A stretch of DNA of 63,635 nucleotides, filler included, from Octopus bimaculoides (Eukaryota), in the NCBI RefSeq assembly GCF_001194135.2. It is 7 parts of 7 records of this genome, joined end to end, with 100 filler letters (N's around TTAATTAATTAA, not from the genome) between each part and the next. Parts side by side here need not be neighbours in the genome. Positions count along the whole stretch, not along the records: positions 21,632 to 46,121 come from NC_069003.1; positions 46,222 to 52,895 come from NC_068996.1; 5 more parts are not named here. One strand, 5' to 3'. Numbering within the stretch: position 1 is the first letter of the stretch; each line of letters opens with the position of its first letter. Both the position numbers and the translations under genes were made by a program. The notes under the pieces are model-generated. The model was not told the origin of the DNA and searched no databases. It saw only the letters and a list, made by a program, of their open reading frames with translations. This document shows positions 36,776 to 51,234 of the stretch, in pieces.

Positions 36776-38866
36776 AGATGCAAGCATGACTGTGAGCTTA
36801 AGATATGTATATATTATGCCTGCATAATAGATGAGATGGTCATGAGTTGATTGCCTCTGATCATATGTCTGTCCAATCAGGACGGATTTGAAGTTAAACA
36901 ACAGCTTCTATTACAAAAGGTGGACTTGTCAAGACCTGTTGCCTGGAGAAAATCTAGAGAGAGAGAGAAAAAATAAAGAATGGAAAATGAGTGAGGAGAC
37001 AGAACATAAATATGATGACTGTCAGATACTGCTTGTAGGTGGCCACAAAGATGGACACAAGCAAATCCTATGACCCAATCTTCAGTGACAAATGCTAATA
37101 ATGAATGCTTCGTGAAATACTGTTGCAACCTGGTACTGACGATGGTGCTTGTAGCAGTAGCAGTAGCAGTAGCTTTTGGTGGAACTGGTGCTGGGAGTGA
37201 CATATTTTAAGAGCTGCAGGTAGTAGAATATTAACAGTGAATTGGTCAAAATTCCAAATAGTATGGTTAACTCCCTCTTTTCTGATTCTTAAATAACTGA
37301 AACTGTCAGGCAACTGGCACCCAGAAAAGATAAAAATGTGTGTTGCTAATTAGAATCAAAAGAATTTGTGCTAATTTGTGTTAATTGTCATTAAAAGATA
37401 GTTTCTATCGTATCTAAAACGGATCGTTGCTTCTCAACGTACAGTATTTTATGTCACTGCACTTACAGTTCCAAGATTTTATAATTTAATAAAACTTGTT
37501 CTTAATTATATTTTCATTTCTTTCTCTTTCTCTCATTTCTATTGCATTCAGAATATTAATGATAATGTGTGTGTGCTATATTCAGAATATTGATGATAAT
37601 ACTCATGTATAGAGTTTTAATAAGTTTTGTAAGATTTAATGGTAATTTAAAAAGTGATGACCAAGTATCCAGAAAATTTAGTTATTCAGCAATTGTCTGG
37701 CCACAGTGGTGCTGGATAGGAGGGAGTTATCATATTCATATGTCCCTTTAACTCTTTATGTTCTAGGTTCAACATCTGCTAAGATCACCTTCAAAGAGCA
37801 ATAAAATAAGTACCAATAAATTACTCAGTTTAATCAATCACAGTCTTTGTGGCTTTGTGCTTAATTACATGTACTAAGCTTTTCAATCTGGGACAGAACT
37901 CTCTAGAATATCTTTATTGACATCCTGTTGCTTACGATTAAGTGACAAGTCATTGTCACTCACACTTTACCTGTGATAAGGTGACTTTCCATGAGACGTT
38001 GTCAAATGAATGCCTGGAGGTCTTGAAGCGTACTAAATGCCAAACACCTAGTCTCAAACTTAGCCTGAAACAGGACTGGACTCTGGTCAAACAGACAAGT
38101 TGTAGAATGATATGTTGCACATACAGTGACCCCTGCCAGTTCACTATTGTCATCCTTCAAGATTCTGCAGATGTCCCTTTCCCAGTGCATGGGCATACAT
38201 CGTCGACCATGGCGTCCCAGGATCAGCAATTGCCTCTCCAAGTGTTGACTTTTTAAGTTCACTGACTTCTACCAGTGGATGTGTTTGCTCCTCCCTCATT
38301 GCACTCTCAGTACTTTAATATATTTATGTGCATCTTTTATCTTTTACTTGTGTCAGTCATTAGACTATGGCCATGCTGGAGCACCACCTTGGAGAATTTT
38401 TATTTAAATAAATCGACCCCAGGACTTATTTTTCTAAAGCCTGGTATCTATTCTATTGGTTTCTTTCGCTGAAACACTAAGTTATGAGGATGCAAACAAA
38501 CCAACACCAAGTTTCAAGTGGTTGTAGGGGACATACAGGGCCTCTCCCTCTCAATGGATCTTTGTCTTGCAAGTTACTTGGTGATCCTGCCGCCAGTGCC
38601 ACACTGTAAAGTGGCTGGCATTTGGAAGGGTATCAAGCTGTAAAAAAAAAACATGCGAAAACAGATGTTGACAGCGCTAGTGTCACATAAAAAGTCCTCA
38701 GTCCACTCTGGTGGCTGGTGTTAGGAAGGGCATCCTGCTGTAAAGCTCATGCCAAAACAGACAGTGAAGCCTAGTGCAGTCTTCTGGCTTGCTGGGTCCT
38801 GTCAAACTATCCAATCCATGCCAGCATGGAAAACGGACATTAAATGATGATGATGATATGTGTGTA

Positions 38867-38906
<40 letters not shown>

Positions 38907-39999
38907 AATATATATATATATATATATAAGGAGAGATAGAGAGATAGATAGTTAGATAGATAGATACAATAAGACCCTCCTCTCACCCCTACTAAGAAAG
39001 GCAGAACATAATATAAAAATGTAGGAAGTGAAACTACTACTACTCCACCAGGGAGCCTCTTTGCCCACGAGTCTAGGCCTGTTCATTCCCCGCCTCCTTT
39101 GGAGTAAATTTCAAGATTCCTGCAAGGAAATTGATTTTAGCTGGAAAAAAAATCTTTATCCATTATTTGCACAGTTTTGTGTTCTGTTGATTTTGCTGAT
39201 GCTAATATTAAATTAATATCAAGCTGTTATTAATGTTATGCAATAAATTGTGGAGTCAACAACAAGAACAAGGACTGTGTTATCATGTGGAAGGAGGAAT
39301 GGCAAACTGGTGAAGGGGAGGGGGGAAATAACGTTAATTGACTTGCAAGAAGTAGCAATTAAATCAGTCTGAAATTGCTTTAAATAAAACTGGACATTGT
39401 AGTTCTTGGTATACAAGAGACTGGCTGGCCATGGCTGGGAAAACAGCCTGATAGAAATGGGTATTAGGTATTAGAGGCAGGTTAAGGTTGTGGAGGTGAG
39501 ACAAAACTCTTCTCTGTGAAACAAAAAGTAGAGGAAGATCATATTCCTGCATCCTGGAAGTACTTTTAATCATCGGTCTGTCAGCTTGATCAGGGTTCAC
39601 TTGGTGTTAAGGAATATTTATTATTGCTGTTAATGAATGAACCTTATGGGGTTGCTCAAAATGCTAGAAACAGTAGCCAAATCTCCTTCATAGTTTTATC
39701 TTTTATTTGTTCATTGGACTGCAATCATGCTGGGGCAATGACCTGAAGGATTTAGTCAAACAAATCTATCCCAGTTTTTTATTTTTTTTTATTTTTTAAG
39801 TCTGCACCAGGCTCATTTTTTGCCTGTATTGGCTTGATTTCTATGGCTGGATACCTTTCTTAATACCAATCACTTTACAGATTATACAGAGTGCTTTTAA
39901 CGTGGTACCAGGCACTTTTATGTGGAAGCTGCATGGGTGCTTTTATGTGGCCCCTGCCCCCTATGAGCCTGCAAGACTAGGACCTCGCAGCTGAGAGAG

Positions 40000-40280
40000 G
40001 ACATGCCTGTATGTATGGATGGCCATGACTTTACTTAGCTTGACATGTCTTTTCAAGCATAGCAAACCACCAGAAGTCTTGGCCCTTTGTCATCTCCTCT
40101 GTGGAGCCCAACATCTGAAGATCCTTTCTCCCTGCTTCATGGGTCTACCTCTTCCACAGGTTCCTTCCACAATTAGGGATAAGCACTTCTTGATGCAAGT
40201 GTCCTCATCCATACGCATCACATGGCCACACTAGTACAATCTTCTCTCTTGCACGCTACATTTCATACTCACACATCTGG
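40000..40280 (-). mobile_element. RTE-like LINE 3' fragment
   Basis: Reverse translation ERRLY*CGHVMRMDEDTCIKKCLSLIVEGTCGRGRP; DNA similar to 56280-56430. Confidence 0.7.
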
Positions 40281-43200
40281 CTATTTGGCAAAGGGAGTCT
40301 TTATTTTGTGGCACTGAAGCTTGATGTAGCAACGAACTGTGAAAACTGTTGGTGTTTCCTTCTTCCCTGACACAATTCTCAATAAATACATGACTTTATC
40401 GACAACAAAGTCCACACCTGCCAGACACATATTTAGGCAGCCAACGAGGAAGCCTCTATGATATTAGGTCAGTCGATTAACCCCTTCAAGGCAATTCCCT
40501 CAGCATGGCCGCAGTCCAATGATTGAAACAAGTGAAAGCTAGTAATGGCTGAGTAACCTTCTGTCATATGAATTTCATTAGAGCTGACCAACGATTGGAC
40601 AATATGATCTTAAATACCTCTAAAAAGACAGGATGGTCATAGTGGAATGCTCTATGTGATCAGCAAATGCACCTACGTGGTCACTCACCCTGGTAGAAAT
40701 AGCAGCCAAATATCTCTTGATCACACCCTACTGTCTAAAATAAGGGAAAACATTACACAATCTTTTAGATACCCCTAAAAGGACTGGATGGTTACGGTTA
40801 GAACGTCTTTCATCATACGTTTACATAATCGAGGCAGACCAAGGATTAAACAACAACAAATTCAAGACTAATACTCGGGTTTAGTGAAACTAAATCTTGC
40901 CCTAAATTACAAAACCGATCTCCACCACCAGAACTAAATTATCTCAAAACTTATAAATATATATATATGGGGATTGCTTTGTTGTGAACGATGAACCTTA
41001 TGTCATCATCAACTAAACAGACTATTCCGTCCTTTTCTCGGGCATGGTATATCTAAGAGTATTCCCATTTATGACGGTAAAATGTAATTTGAGAGAAATT
41101 TGGCTGCTATTTCCAGTATAGAGCGACACCCCGGCTGGCTCGCTCTGTCACCTAAGAGGCGATGATGGTGAAGATGAAAGGATCACAGTCTGACTCGATG
41201 TATATGACTGGTATTTCATTCATCGATAATCTTCCATTCGCCCATCTTTGTATAACAAAGATTTACGACTGGGATTTGAACGCATATGCAGTAAATAAAC
41301 TGATGGAGCCTCTACGTAACTGCTCCCACGATCTGCAAGAAACAACGGTCAGATACGTCTCCAATAACACCCTAACGCCTTATCAAGGGATAAGATATTT
41401 AGCAATAGTTCCAGACACACAGAATAACTAAATGGTCACGGCTTAAAGGTCTTTTATCGTAGGTGTACTATACGGGGCTAGCCATACACAAGAACACTGA
41501 CCATCAAGCCAACACTGAAGCCTCTTATGAAAGGGTATAAATAGCAGCGAAGTCTCCTTTAAATCTTACCATACATTCTTAAGAAAAGAAGCAAACCTTG
41601 GAATATGCAAAGGAAAAAAAAAAAGTGGTTATGGTAATAGTTGGGATGGCTTTTATGGTAGGGCTTTTTTTCAAAGAAGGCTGACTCTGGGGTTGTAGCA
41701 GCATCCACAAATAATAAATGATGTTAACAGGAGGTGAACTAACAGAATCGTTAGATCGTCGCACGAAATACCTCATAGTAATTTAATTACGGCCTTTATG
41801 TTTTCAATTCAAAATCCCGCTCAGGTCCACTTTATTTTTCATCCCTCCTGGGTCGATGAAATAAAGGACCAATCAAGCAGAGAAACCAGTTTATATTAAT
41901 ATTCTCATAAAATGCTTACTCGATGTGAATGGAATTATAAGAGAAAATACAGCAATAATACGCGTAACGTTGGCGATAATAACAAAGAGGTAAAAGCAGA
42001 AATAACAAGAACTATAAAGACATTGTGTAGACCATTCAAACGCATACCTTGAAATAATAGCTTATCCTTTTTGTAAACACCTCCAGCTGATGGTGGGATG
42101 AATGATTAAAACAAATGATTAACACTGGGTGTGTGTGTGTGCACTGGTTTAAGAAGACACCGTGGTTAGTTTGTTATTGTTGCAGGGAGCTGGACAGAAC
42201 AAGCATCCTGTGTCCATACCACGTGTAATAAAGCAACAGTTGCAGTTTCTCTTCTGATCCCGCTAATTTTCAATGTCTATTTTTCTAGCTATCTAACTGT
42301 ATTTATGGAGCTGTGACTGTCTATCTTATCAACCTCTCTCTCTCTCTGACTATCTTATCTATCTTTCTCTTTCTGTCGACCTTTCTATATCTATCTAACC
42401 ATCAATATATATTACCACTACAACTGACGTACATCTGCTACTTGTAAACCAAGGAACAAATATTTTTCATTTACTATCCTCACCTCATCTCTTTCTTTCT
42501 TTCACTTTCATTTTCGAACCATTCCTCTCTTTTGAAATTTCTTTTCAGCTTTTTTTTCTTCCACGTTCTTTTCTCTTCCTCCACCCTTTATTATTTTCTT
42601 TCTGTATCCGACATTTAATGACGTATTAATCACTGTCATTCTGCTTACTCACTCTTTCTCCCTTCTCTTTCAATCTTTCAATATTTATTACATGTCCTGC
42701 CTCTCACTCTCACCCATTTTCTCTCACTCTCTGTCACTCACTTTTTCACTATCACTCTCTCCTTCCCTCCTACGCTATTTATTGATTTTCTGTATCATTC
42801 TCTTCACTCTCATTTTTCCACTTCTCCCCGATTCTTCCCTAGCCCCTACTATATCCCGTTTATTTTAGCACTTTCTCTCGATTTATCTATCTAGACCGAT
42901 TACTTTCCCTCCATCTCATTCGATCTGTAATGTTATCAGCTTGCCCTACTTCTCTTTCTCTCCCTCTCTTAATCTTATTCTCTTCACCCATTGCCGTCTC
43001 TTCATCGATTCCCCACGCTGTTTTGTTATCACTTTTTCATTCATTTCACATTTCTCTCCTCTCCACCTCTCTCTAATATAACCACCTCTGGTTCCTATTT
43101 CATTCAATTAATTGATTCCCTAACCCCACTCTCCATAAATCTCTCTCAATTTCAATTTCCCTCCGTTAGATACCTCTTCCACACCCAGCTACTTTTTCTT

Positions 43201-44316
43201 TCTCTTTCTTCACACTCGCTCCTCCTCTGTTTCTCTCTCTCTACTACTACTACTACTTCCACGAGGTTCCTCTGCGTCAGGCACGGGCAACCTTTTTTGA
43301 GAAGTCGGCTGCATGAGGGATGGCTCATCATTAGTTAGGTATTCCACACTACTAAAAACGTTCAGGGTAATTTTTTTGTCGGTGTGCCATCCAGAAAGTC
43401 CCATGGTTCGCAGTTTGCCCATGACTGCTCCATTTAGTCATTTAACCAGCTAGAAACTGCAGCCAAATCATGATACATTGCGAATTACTCATCTACTAAT
43501 AGAGTCCTTAAAAGTGTCACGAAGTGTTGTTAATATCGTCACAATAGACACAGAATGACGGATATGGGGTGCTGGTGGTTGAGTTAGGTGCAGGTTGCAT
43601 AAAATGAATGCATGACACTCATGAACAATTAACAGAAGTTTATTTCACTGCACAAATATTTTCTGTGTTGGTCATGAATTTAAAATGTGACAACAAATAA
43701 TACACGTTGGAAGGACAATTCAACTGCTGTTACAAATCATTGATTAAGAAGGCTTTGTAAATAAGCTGCCATGACAGGAGAAAATATACTACGCTGGTTC
43801 ATGCCAGCAAACTGTAGCTGCTGTCTTACGTTGAGTAAGGAATCATTAAAACAACTGTTAAGAACAGCCAAATGAGAGTGTGGTTAGCTTAGCTGCAGTT
43901 GCCCACAAGCTGAGACAAGATGTGAGAGATGAATTGGTTGATCTCTGAGCAAATATGCCTGGCAAGAGTGGAGATGCATTTCATCTGGTTGTCTTCGATA
44001 CTCTGCAAAGTTGGTGCTAAAAGCATGTCCAAGCCTTGTAAAGGGATGTTCCAGAAAAGTTTTGAATATTGTATCATGTTATGTCTCAATGCTGATTGCT
44101 TCATAACTTGGCTGATCACATGAAAAGGCTGTTACTAAGTTGTGATTTTACTTGGCAATTTGGCAATTTGGTTTTGAATCTTGCTAGAAAAGAATAAAAT
44201 TACTTTGATGAATATTTGAGGAGGAGGGGGCGTTTGAATTACATGAAAAATGATGTTTTGATCAATTTGTATAATCATATTTCTTAAGAATAAATAACTT
44301 TTAAGAGCAGACTTGA

Positions 44317-44470
44317 ATGTGTGGTTCTAAAGCTTGCCTCCCAACCATGTGGTCTGGGGTTCAGTCCCACTGCATGGCATCTTGGGCAAGTGTCTTCTAC
44401 TATAGCCCCAGGTCAACCAAAGCTTTGTGAGTGGATTTAGTAGATGGAAACTGAAAAAAAAGAAGCAGTT
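44317..44470 (+). mobile_element. SINE family A head/core
   Basis: ggttcagtcccactgcatggcatcttgggcaagtgtcttctactatagcc...gatggaaactgaaa. Confidence 0.75.
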
Positions 44471-45319
44471 ATATATGTGTGTGTGTATAGATAGATTGAT
44501 TGATTGATAAATAGATATACATACATATACACACATATATATGCATATCATCATCATCACCAGCATCATTATCATCATTTAACATCCATTAGTTGGCTGG
44601 AAGGCTGTGCCAGACTCCAGTCTGATTTGACATGGTTTTCTATGGCTGGATGCGTCTTCTGCACGGCAAAAATGTCAAAGGTCTCGGTCATTCGTTATTG
44701 CCTCCATGAAGTCCGACACTTGAAAGGTACTTTTCATGTACCACTGGCATCAGTCATCTTACCTCTATAGGGCTCAACACTTGAGCAAATACATATACAT
44801 ACATATACACACATATATATGCATATCATCATCATCACCAGCATNNNNNNNNNNNNNNNNNNNNNNNNNNNNNNNNNNNNNNNNNNNNNNNNNNNTTTAT
44901 AATTAAAATTAGGGTTCAACAAGAATTGCTTCACCACACACCAAAAAATTAGAAATAGCAGTCAAAACTACTATTTCTCTACCAAAATATAATTCCCAGA
45001 CAGCAAATACTCGCAACTACAAAGGCAAAAAAGACGATTTGACTGAGGACTGGTGAACCAGATGGCTGCACCAGGCTCCAATTTGATCTGGCAGAGTTTC
45101 TACAGCTGGATGCCCTTTCTAACGCCAACCACTCTGAGAGTGTAGTGGGTGCTTTACATGCCACCTGCACAGGAGTCAGTCCAGCGGCGCTGGCAACGAC
45201 CTCGCTCAAATGCTTTGTTCACATGCCACCGGCACAAGTGCTAGTAAGGCAACGCTGGTAACTATCATGCTAGGGGACACTGGAAACAATGACATACATG
45301 CATACATACATGGTGGACT

Positions 45320-45620
45320 TCAGTGCTGTTACTTTCTTCACTTTGACAACAGAACTACTGCAGCGATACAACATGCAGTCTGCTGGGAAGGACTTGATAT
45401 ACAGATAGTACACACCGGCCCTTCCCTGAGAAAAGCTCTGTCCAATAACAATACCTCTCTCTACTCTGAGGAGTGCACATTGTTGAACTGCCCCATCACT
45501 GACTCTAAATTGTGCCAGAGGACCTATGTTGTATATGAAATCATCTGTGGCAAATTTGGAGCATCCAACATAGGAAATATGATCAGAAAACTGCATATAC
45601 GCATTAAGGACCTCTGTATT
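45320..45620 (+). mobile_element. Penelope-like GIY-YIG endonuclease fragment
   Basis: TGPSLRKALS...ECTLLNCPITDSKLCQRTYVVYEIICGKFGASNIGNMIRKLHIRIKD corresponds to C..C...VVY.I.C..C...YIG.T.R.LH.RI.EH, in degenerate form. Confidence 0.75.
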
Positions 45621-46221
45621 TAAGTAATAGCGTTAAAGGACCTCTATATTTAAGTAGTACCGAGGGTTCACCATCCCTGAGTAAAATGGGAAACAACATT
45701 CTTACAGATGTTGTTTCCCCACCACCATCGACTTTGTTTCCTCATTACTTTCAGAAAAATAGATATTTTGTTATGAATTGTTCTACAAATATGCTTCAGA
45801 TGGTGTGGATCTTGTTCAAAACGGGGGCACCAGTATTTTCTTAACGAAACACTTTGAAACTTGGGACACTGGTAGAATGTGTCATATAAAACATCTTTTT
45901 CTCTTAGTCTTCTTAACAAAAAAAACGTACATCGCAAGTTATTTCATGTTAAAGTTGTATTTCTGTAACTTCAACCAATGACTGACGTCCATTCAGCCGA
46001 ATAACAGTAAGTGCTGACTACGTAAACAAACGATTTTGGCGGTGATAAAATTATTATTTCCATGTCAAAAAATGGCTGAAGCATATTGGCAGTAGCTAAT
46101 AAACCTTTCTATTATAGGCACNNNNNNNNNNNNNNNNNNNNNNNNNNNNNNNNNNNNNNNNNNNNTTAATTAATTAANNNNNNNNNNNNNNNNNNNNNNN
46201 NNNNNNNNNNNNNNNNNNNNN

Positions 46222-46264
<43 letters not shown>

Positions 46265-46543
46265 ATATGTATATGTATATCATTTTTTGTCAGACGAGCA
46301 GGCAGACGCCATGACCCGTTACAAGACCTCCGAGACTAGTAGGAGGGGATGGATATAGAGAAGTATCTTTAAACTCGAAACAGGGCTCCCCTATGGTTCC
46401 CGTGGTGCCAGACAGTGGTATTAGCCTGGATGTCAAGGAGTGTCAATAACACTGATGAGCCATAACATAATTTGATCTCAGAATACAAAGAATCGTATAG
46501 ACAGGGCATCCGGTCCGACTCATATATGTACACACGTACACAC

Positions 46544-46582
<39 letters not shown>

Positions 46583-46687
46583 GATATGCACACACACACG
46601 TACTATATAAACGAAAGAGTATGTTGATATGCATGTGTGTTTAACCCCAGAAGGCTCTGAAACCGAGAATCCTTGAGAAAAACAATG

Positions 46688-46693
46688 TTTCGT

Positions 46694-46770
<77 letters not shown>

Positions 46771-47406
46771 CAATAAATGCCCTGATGCTGTACGAGGCAG
46801 TGGCTCTCATGGCTTCTGATCTTAATTGATTGGAAGTGTTATCATGTACATTGTTTTGTCTTGGTATAAAAGATGGGCTACAGCAAATATTCTGCTTAAT
46901 ACCACAGATTTGCTTGTCAGTTGTTTGACCTTAACCAGTTGAGCATGTTCCTTGGTGGCTGACGATATGTGCATCTCTGATCATGAGCAGAAGTAGTGGT
47001 GGAGCATCATAGCCATGTGTTGAGAGGAATTCTTTGGAGTTTGAATAATTCACCTTTGGAAACATGGGTATTTTGCTCAACATCCTTAAACAAACCTTAT
47101 TGAAGGACCTTTTGAGCAGGAAGGGCTACTCGACCTGAAAAAAATTCTAACTTGGTCCCACCTGTGAGGTCATGCGCTGTTTATCTTGATATGAGATCAC
47201 CATGTCGCGCACATATGGTTGTGATGCATGTTCCTGGTGTACCCTTATCAGACGGGTAGTCATGATACCAAGTCATGATACCAAGACAAAACAATGTACA
47301 TGATAACACTTCCAATCAATTAAGATCAGAAGCCATGAGAGCCACTGCCTCGTACAGCATCAGGGCATTTATTATTGTTATTATTATTATTATTATTATT
47401 ACGAAA
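46688..47406. repeat. Interspersed repeat copy bounded by a 96-bp perfect inverted repeat plus (AAT)n/(ATT)n
   Basis: 46772-46867 is the exact reverse complement of 47278-47373. The body 47160-47265 matches another copy at ~18190-18300. Confidence 0.85.
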
Positions 47407-48781
47407 TTACGACGGGAGCAGGGCGAAGGTATTCACAAAATTTTAAGAATTGTTTTTATGAAACGTTTCCCCGCTTTCATTTGGAAGGGTGTAATGGGAT
47501 AACATTGTCATAACATATATAATCCAATTTAAGTGGGTGTGCTATTTCGCCAAGACACTCAATTGTAAAAATTCGGCAGAATACACAGCTAGTGTGCATG
47601 TATATGTGTTTATGTATGTATGTGTGTGTGTGTGTGTGCGTGTGTGTGCGTGTGTGTGCGTGCGTATGTGTGTACGTGTGTTTGTGCGTGTGTGTGTGCG
47701 CGTGTGTGTGTGTATACTAGAGTAAGTACATATATACGAGTTGGAAAAATAGTACTCGAGTTAGAGTAAAAGTAGCAAAAATATCCTAAAACAGTTACTC
47801 AGAGTATCACATTCCCGTTCGTCGGACAGTTTTGGTTGAGAATGGAACAAAATAAGCTTATATGCATAAATATACAATTACTTTGATAGATACACATTTG
47901 CAAATGGTTTTGTTTCATTGGTCCTCTCAACTAACGCTCTTTTCAATAACCGGTTGCATGAAATGAAAATTGTGGTTTAAAACCATATTATTATAAAAAT
48001 CGATGAAAACCTTAAATCAAAAATAGCTTATAAAGAAGGAAAAAGACCTGAATACTCAGGGTAAATAATTAGTGGTAAAAAATAATAATAATAAATTTAA
48101 ATAAATTAAAAGATATAACCGTTTAAAAAAACTTTTACGCTAAAATACATAAACATTTAGCAATACATACACATATCAGATACCCTATATATACACCAAA
48201 CATACAGGCGTTGGCACATGGCTACATGCGTATACAAACAAATATAGGCAAAACATAAATATATACAAATGCATATATATGTATGTACGCGCATAATACC
48301 TCCTGGTGTATGCGTATACAACTTAGTTGTTACAGGCGAGAGAAAGAAAACGAAAGGAAGACCAGGGAATAACAAGTGGTGAGAGGAAAAGAAAAAGGAA
48401 AAGAAGAAAAATATATAAAAGAAACAGAAAATTAGAAACAGAAAGCGAAAATAGATAGATATATGGAGTAAGATGATTTGGAAGTTGACTTTCGTAAAAA
48501 GTGTCTTTCGAATATTAGTTCGTTCAGCTTGCGGACGCACACATATAAAACGACAAGCATATCTACATAAACACACACATAAATACAAGCACACTCACCA
48601 TATTACTTGCTTAAAATACGAATAATGCTTATTTCACTTTTATTTTGGAAAATTACTCTACATTTAGGGAAATTAGCTTTGTGGTCTTTCAGAGAAATAA
48701 AGGTTTGGCGTGGAGGGAGGTATTCTGTTCTGTCTCTAACTTTAATATTGTTAACAATTCTTTTTGCCTCCAAATTCACCT

Positions 48782-48835
<54 letters not shown>

Positions 48836-50139
48836 NNNNNNNNNNNNNNNNNNNNNNNNNNNNNNNNNNNNNNNNNNNNNNNNNNNNNNNNNNNNNNNNN
48901 NNNNNNNNNNNNNNNNNNNNNNNNNNNNNNNNNNNNNNNNNNNNNNNNNNNNNNNNNNNNNNNNNNNNNNNNNNNNNNNNNNNNNNNNNNNNNNNNNNNN
49001 NNNNNNNNNNNNNNNNNNNNNNNNNNTCTGTATTTGTCCCCCAACATCGCGTTTACGTCCCCGAAACTAAACGGTTCGTCAAAATAGACCGATAGAATAA
49101 GTACTAGGCTTACAAAGAATAAATCCTGGGGTTGATTTGCTTGACTAAAGGTGATGCTCCAGTATAGCCGCAGTCAAATAACTGAGACAAGTAAAAGAGT
49201 ATATATATATGCATGTGTGAAGTCTGTTGTGTGGCATTATTCTGTAGTAATGCCCTTATATAACTATAAACGAATAATTATATATATATGTATNNNNNNN
49301 NNNNNNNNNNNNNNNNNNNNNNNNNNNNNNNNNNNNNNNNNNNNNNNNNNNNNNNNNNNNNNNNNNNNNNNNNNNNNNNNNNNNNNNNNNNNNNNNNNNN
49401 NNNNNNNNNNNNNNNNNNNNNNNNNNNNNNNNNNNNNNNNNNNNNNNNNNNNNNNNNNNNNNNNNNNNNNNNNNNNNNNNNNNNNNNNNNNNNNNNNNNN
49501 NNNNNNNNNNNNNNNNNNNNNNNNNNNNNNNNNNNNNNNNNNNNNNNNNNNNNNNNNNNNNNNNNNNNNNNNNNNNNNNNNNNNNNNNNNNNNNNNNNNN
49601 NNNNNNNNNNNNNNNNNNNNNNNNNNNNNNNNNNNNNNNNNNNNNNNNNNNNNNNNTTTATTTATATTCCTGCAGAACTAATGTGGGGTATAGAATATGG
49701 AATATGCAATATATAATATGATATACAATATACAATATAAAATAAAATAACATAAAAATGGATGGCACCCTGAAAGAAAGTATTGAATGTAGATGAAATA
49801 TTGAGTGTTCAATATAAAGGATCAAATATATAAATATATAAATATAAATATATATATATAAAGGCGACTCGAGTTTCAGGGCTATTTCCCTTCGTCATGG
49901 CCGGTATGACAGACAAGCAGAGATACCCGACGTTGCCCATGTTACATGCAATTGAAGAATGAGACTTTTCTGTTATATATTCTGTAAAGAACTGGAATAC
50001 ATATGATTCGAATTCCATGAAAATTGCAGATGTGTGTTCTTTCCCTCTTTACACACCCTAAAAAAATTCTGATCATGAGACATGTATCCCATACTATTGA
50101 TCTTTATGCGCATATTCCAAAATTTCAGTCTTCTGGAAC

Positions 50140-50710
50140 CTGTAAAAAGGATTTTGCTCCTGAAAATTGGAGCTCTAAAATGTAGGAATGAAGGCCCCTA
50201 TTGGGGGTGGGTGTTTTAATGTCAACCATAGAAGTTGAACTGTTGGGAATGTTTTTAACTTGGGTCTTATAGTATGCTTGTATATATGTGAGAGTATAGT
50301 CTCACTTTAATAGTTTCTGTATGAAATTGAAAGTATTAAAGTGAAAGTATTTGAAATTACAGTAGCGACATGTTACTGTTTCACTTTTGGCAGGTAATAC
50401 TGAAATAGTGGAATAGTTTCAGTGTTAAAGTGAAAATATCTGACATTAGAGTAGAGTGATGTTATTGTTTCAATTTTGACACGTAATACTGAAATAGTGG
50501 AGGGGATATGATATTACTGTGGGCTCGAACTATGCAAGAAGTTAAAAATATTTTTGGCCTAAGACACTAAATGGATCCTAAAAGGATTTTGCTCCTGAAA
50601 AATGGAGCTCATGGAGCTGAAAATTGTGGGAGTTAAGGCCCCTATTGGGGGGGGGGGTATTAATATCAACCAGAGAAGATGAATTGTTGGGAATCTATTT
50701 AACTTGTGTG
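50140..50710 (-). mobile_element. Internal fragment of the same Helitron family, with a ~125-bp direct repeat pair
   Basis: Reverse complement of 50466-50545 (ttaacttcttgcatagttcgagcccacag...tccactatttcagtattacgtgtcaaaa) aligns with 55380-55462. Direct repeats at ~50143-50262 and ~50579-50706. Confidence 0.55.
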
Positions 50711-51234
50711 TAATATGTATTGTCTGAATTTCTTTGAACTAGGAAATATATGTAAGGAAAGCAAAAAACGAATGATAATCAGTCAGCTCATGATAATCAG
50801 TCAGCTACCCTAGCCTAGTTGTTACTACTCCCCAATGTAGGATTCCTCACCATACAGGTGACAGGCACAGCTTTCAGATGCATTACGGATCTATAGCAAT
50901 TGGAAGAGCATGACCCAATTGAAATAACGTGTGACGCTTGGAGTAAAGGGAAATGAAAGTGTCGCCTCTGGAGTTTGCAAATGACCACTATACCGATAGG
51001 TAACTGTGCTGAAAAAAATGTATAATCGATAAATGTCTTAGAACAACCAGTCCCTCATCTGGGAAGGCCTTGAAATCAATGTTATCAACTGGGGACTATG
51101 TGTGTCGGAGTGATAATAAAAAGACTCAAAGGAGGTCTGCAACGAAATAATTTTACTCAAAACTTTACAAGTGAATCAGTGGAGGCAAAGATGCGTCTCA
51201 TTTACATGACAATTTATGCACAACATTGCAGAAA

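Noticed and set aside
41162-41431. 89-aa ORF
   Set aside because: No motif, and it overlaps a degenerate reverse SINE fragment.
44515-44844. ~46-bp direct duplication (atacatatacacacatatatatgcatatcatcatcatcaccagcat)
   Set aside because: Low complexity and terminates at a gap; artefact and TSD cannot be distinguished.
50900-50955. IEITCDAWS resembling the first catalytic Asp motif of hAT transposases
   Set aside because: Too short, with no other transposase motifs in frame.
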